NCBI RefSeq assembly: GCF_964355755.1 | Contig: NC_092678.1 | Location: forward strand, 4,604,422 to 4,668,421 | Direction: 5' to 3' | Length of the DNA stretch: 64,000 nt | Source of the DNA: Antedon mediterranea | Lineage: Eukaryota > Animalia > Echinodermata | Shown here: positions 60,001 through 64,000 of the stretch, one piece after another | How positions within the stretch are numbered: position 1 is the stretch's first letter | Layout: each line of letters begins with the position of its first letter | Notes under the pieces: generated by a model | The model's database searches: none | What the model saw: the letters and a program-made list of their open reading frames with translations, nothing else | Told to the model about the DNA's origin: nothing | Position numbers and translations under genes: made by a program

Positions 60001-63000
60001 AGTAATGGTACACTAAGCCCCACTCATAATGGTATGTAAGCCCCACCCATAATGGTATGTAAGCCCCACCCATAATAATAATATGTAGGACCCCCACCCA
60101 TATTAGTAGGTATGCTGTAGCGTTACTCGCCTACAGACCTTGCGATTCTAGGCCGATGATGTATGAGGCAATACATTAGTAAGGTATTCATATGCTGGCC
60201 TGGATGGTAGACCAACAACCTTATAATTTGGCTAGTTACGGATGTATCTGGGTAGGTGAATGTTATAACTGAGTGAGAACACATGTTACCTTTTATTGTG
60301 TGAACACAACTTTTATTGTGAATATAGGCTATCTTTCCTTTTTTTGTTTAGGTTCTGGTTCAACAACTCCGTCTAGTGCGCCAACATCGCCAGCCAGCTC
60401 CATCACTTCTCCAGGTAAAACTAATCTAATGGATAGGTCATTGTTTCTTTCTTTCTCTTACATACTGTACTACACACAGTAGGTGAACCTATTGATGCCA
60501 CTTGTCTGCTAATAGTACTGCCATTGCACAGACCAGAACTAGATTGTGTGTTGAGCAGTTGCGCCACATCGTGTGGTGTGTAGTTGTGCCACATTGTGTG
60601 CTGTGCAGTTGCACTACATTGTGTGCTGTGCAGTTGCGCTACATTGTGTGCTGTGCAGTTACGCGGCATTTTGTGCTGAGCAGTCGCACTACATTGTGTG
60701 CTGTGCAGTTGCGCCACATCGTGTGGTGTGCAGTTGCGCCACATCGTGTGGTGTGCAGTTGCGCCGCATTGTGTGCCTTGCAGTTGCGCCGCCTTGTGTG
60801 CTGTGCAGTTCGGCGCATTGTGTGCTGTGCAGTTGCGCGGCATTGTGTGCTGAGCAGTGGCACTACATTGTGTGCTGTGCAGTTGCACTACATTGTGTGG
60901 TGTCCAGTTGCGCCACATCGTGTGGTGTGCAGTTGCGCAGTACTGTGTGCCTTGTAGTTAAGCCGCACTGTGTGTTGTGTGCTGTGCAGTTGCGCGGCAT
61001 TGTGTGCTGAGCAGTGGCACTACATGTGTGCTGTGCAGTTGCGCAGTACTGTGTGCCTTGTAGTTGCGCCGCACTGTGTGTTGTGTGCTGTGCAGTTGCG
61101 CAGCATTGTGTGCTGTGCAGTTGCGCCACATTGTGTGGTGTGCAGTTGCGCAGCATTGTGTGCTGTGCAGTTGCGCCACATTGTGTGGTGTGCAGTTGCG
61201 CCACATCATGTGGTGTGCAGTTGCGCTGTATTGTGTGCCTTGTAGTTGCGCCGCATTGTGTGCTGTGCAGTTGCGCCACATTGTGTGCTGTGCAGTCGCA
61301 CTTCATTTCTGCTACTTTTCAGCTGAGTATCAATGTGCTAGATTTCCTGTTCTGTTGCGCTGACTAGTTCTAATACATCACTTAAAATCTTGTACAACTT
61401 GTACCTTTATTTTTCTCACATCCTCAGTTATTTAAAATATATATAATTGCATTTCTTATGGCATGAGCATGTTTGTTAATTGACCTATGACCTTAGTTAG
61501 ATAGATAATACTGACATTAATTTCACGAGTGTATACATAGTTTGAACGTTTTAATGTATAGAATATTTGAAATATGATGTATATACATTTCTCAGTAACA
61601 TTGTGTTAACATTAATGTTTTTTGTTACACATTAACTTTCAGAGAATCTTGATAATACAAATGCAGCCGATTGAAAGGCGATTTGGTTAGTGTTATTGCA
61701 TTAGGTCCGTTGTAATGCACTTTTATATGCATTTTGCACGTGTATTTGTGCGTGCATTTTGCACATGTATTTGTACGTGCATTTTGCACATGTATTTGTA
61801 GTCTGTAAAACAACGAAGAACAAAATAAGATCTTGCTTTCCAAGTTTAAATTTCACCCATTTGGGTATCATCTGGCAATCTAACCCGACTTGGCAATCTA
61901 ACCTGACTTGGCAATCTGGTTGACCTAGTCTGACCTGACTTTGCTATCAAGTTGACCTAGTCCAACCTGCCCTCTGACCTGTCGTATCAAGTGGGAAGCT
62001 CAGATCACAATTTGTTCTTCTTTCTACATATTGGTTGACAATCACGCTGGTTTCTTTTCTGCATTTTTCTTTTTGTCCTTTGAGTGTCTTCCATACTAAC
62101 GTGCAAAAGGTGTACTTGTACTAATAACTTGGCTATTTTAGTTGCTCTTCTATCTGCATGTTTCTAGCAAAATGTTAATGATTTTAAAGTCATTGATCAG
62201 TAGACACATCAATATAATATATAGTATTTTATATTGCAATTCATTAAACATTGATGTGTTTCATTTTTAATCTGGTTTAATTTACTTTTTGGATTTAATT
62301 TGATTACCAGTTCTGATTTTATATTTCTTATTAAAATACTGATTTTTTTTGCAGTAATATTAGTAATAGGTATTATTCTGTGGCATGAAAACTCCAATCT
62401 TTTTCTTCTCCGCTATCAAATGTTTTCTAAGCAAACAACATTTTTTTTTTCATTTGGAGACTTTGAGATCATTTCCTTCCCTTACTTTCTAATTATCTGG
62501 TTATTTCTTTTAATATTGCGTGATTAAATAATTCAAGTTCTGAATGAAACGCATTTTATCAAGTTTTGAATTTGCAATTATAAGAAGGAATTCTGATAAT
62601 GTAGTTTGTAAATTTGCATGCTAATGAGAAATTAAATATTTTCATTGTAGTATTTATTTTTAGAAAACAAAATCTAGAAGTTGTAGATAAATGGAGGCCT
62701 TTTGTGTTTTTGGAAATGAAATTTAAAAAAAAGAAAAGATAAATAGACCGATACTGATAATAAATAATAAAATAAGTTATATCATATGCTCCAAACAAAT
62801 CAACTATTTTGTTGTTAGAATATTCTTTAATTTTGTATATATTTTGAATAGCATACCTCTAGTAGTGCTGTACTAACGCTGCACATACTGTACAGGAGTT
62901 TGTGTTTTACTTTTAATCATTTTCAGTTTTTGCATTAAAATACTTTCGTCTTTTTGTTTAAATCTTACACTGCTTATCTAATACACATTTCTCTTTATTT

Positions 63001-63269
63001 TTAGAATATTAATTTATTTGAGATGTTACAAGCAAACTACCAACATTTCCATTTGAATAAATATTATTATTGTATCTCTAGGATCCGCAGTACCCTCACC
63101 ACCAATGGCACCGCCTCCACCAGTGGCACCGCCTCCCCCAACTTCTTCAGCTTCGCCTCAAACAAACGGATCAACTCCAAAGAGAGGTGCCCTGTTAAGT
63201 TCTATTCAAACGTTCAACGCTGGAAAGTTGAAAAAGACCGACACATGTATGAAAAACGCAGTTGGATAA
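54025..63269 (+). CDS. PXK: PX domain-containing protein kinase-like protein (PX + pseudokinase + Pro-rich + WH2)
   Basis: Exons: 54025-54126, 54503-54553, 54986-55220, 56844-56995, 57234-57413, 58074-58175, 58290-58451, 58703-58820, 59090-59168, 59370-59499, 59863-60031, 60352-60414, 63082-63269 = 1731 nt. Motifs LDDTVPLT, RRYSDF, LPPKKVFGNMDREFIAER, FFRSEPHWEVVEPLKDIGWR, degenerate catalytic loop YGHLHASN, WH2 RGALLSSIQTFNAGKLKKT. Confidence 0.96.
57025..57156. repeat. 16-bp tandem repeat (6 units plus degenerate lead-in) containing TAATCC
   Basis: ACCTAATCCAATCTTT units at 57061, 57077, 57093, 57109, 57125, 57141. Confidence 0.9.
57460..58000. repeat. About 60-75-bp minisatellite, about 8 units
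   Basis: ACTAGAGAGTCAACTAGGTGACATCAAAGTGGTCCCTCCTATTATTACCATAGA..TACTATTAA. Confidence 0.9.
58470..58580. mobile_element. MITE family B, copy 5 (left TIR lost)
   Basis: ...GTTTGATCGTGTAGACAGAGCT|TAA. Confidence 0.75.
58847..59002. mobile_element. hAT-like MITE
   Basis: Perfect 11-bp TIR CAGTGGCGTAA ... TTACGCCACTG, GC-rich interior; no intact 8-bp TSD seen. Confidence 0.7.
59572..59778. mobile_element. Harbinger-type MITE family C
   Basis: TAA|AGCGTGGTTCCCACTAG ... CTAGTGGGAACCACGCT|TAA; perfect 17-bp TIR. Confidence 0.9.
60004..60102 (+). repeat. 23-24-bp tandem repeat spanning a PXK splice donor
   Basis: AATGGTACACTAAGCCCCACTCAT / AATGGTATGTAAGCCCCACCCAT x2 / one degenerate unit. Confidence 0.85.
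60545..61300. repeat. 25-bp GT-rich minisatellite, about 30 units
   Basis: TGTGTGCTGTGCAGTTGCGCCACAT variants; source of the spurious Cys-rich ORFs. Confidence 0.95.
61643..61674 (+). CDS. Candidate alternative terminal exon of PXK (ENLDNTNAAD-stop; would lack the WH2 domain)
   Basis: ttaactttcag acceptor with TTAAC branch-like motifs; phase-1 join to exon 60352-60414 gives 10 codons then TGA. Confidence 0.4.
61727..61800. repeat. About 25-bp tandem repeat, 3 units
   Basis: TGCATTTTGCACATGTATTTGTACG. Confidence 0.8.
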
Positions 63270-64000
63270 ATCATGAATGTCAAACAAGAATACAGAAATG
63301 AATTATATTTTTGTGTGCTTTTATAATAATTGCATTGTCATCATTTGTAAGTAAGTGTTGGTTTGAAAGTGTTACTTAATTATCTTATAAATATAGAAAC
63401 TTAGCTAGGATAAATTATACTCAGTGTATAACGCAATAACTAATAGTATTGCAGCTAATGTATTTGGCAGTCCGTTTCTCTCGTGCCTGTCAAATTTATA
63501 TATACATATATTTTATAACTTGTAAATATACTGATGCAGTAGCTTTTGTCTTTACCGCAAATTCTGGTTAGAATTATTTCAGGATCCATTTTATATATTA
63601 AGAAATATTTTAGGATTTTGGCAAGAGTTTCAGATTATTATAGCATCTTTTGGTCATTCTTATAACATTTGAGGTAGGTAGGTAGGTGAATGCAGAAACT
63701 TTTTTAAATGATATAACAGTTTTCTCAACATCGTAATTCAGCCAACATCAAATGGCTATTTTGAAGTCGTGGATTTGATGTGCTGATAAACTATAAAATC
63801 TTGTACTTCACAATCTGTCCATTTTATGTTTTCTAGTCTGCTTATTCATTTTGGTGCTACAATCCCAAAATTATATTATGTATATCATCATATATATCAT
63901 GTACTTACAACCAAAACATACCTTATTTATATCTTGTTTCTATCTAATTCATAATTTTATATTCTATTCTAATACTGCAAATTAACTAATTTTTGTTTTT

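Noticed and set aside
60421-61367. Cys-rich or keratin-like ORFs on both strands
   Set aside because: Translations of the 25-bp intronic minisatellite in many frames.

Overview
AT-rich eukaryotic (metazoan invertebrate-like) genomic DNA, not prokaryotic. Three intron-rich protein-coding genes lie in tandem on the + strand. (1) A FRMD4A/B-type FERM + coiled-coil gene; its first coding exon lies upstream of the window, with 15 exons at 2369-37106. (2) Host cell factor HCFC1-like, 18 exons at 41794-51286, about 1356 aa. (3) The PX-domain pseudokinase PXK, 13 exons at 54025-63269, about 576 aa. I read the exon boundaries by hand from GT-AG sites; splice phases are consistent and the summed CDS lengths are multiples of 3. 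Introns and UTRs contain non-autonomous transposons (Helentron/HINE-like x2, two Harbinger-type MITE families, piggyBac-like, Kolobok-like, hAT-like, a TA-flanked foldback element, a Rex1/Babar-like LINE tail) and many minisatellites. The most unusual signals are these. A 43-bp array grown from a real splice donor presents 29 consecutive AG|CAA|GTAAGT units (possible 3-nt microexon or ratchet array). TACAGTA/TACTGTA motifs are pervasive, and comparing repeat copies shows them as 5-bp insertions, matching Tc1/mariner excision footprints. A decayed multi-exon antisense gene with RFX X-box motifs is nested in the 16-kb FRMD4 intron. A YY1 motif cluster sits at the HCF 5' end. Homology calls rest on recalled family motifs; no database search was run.
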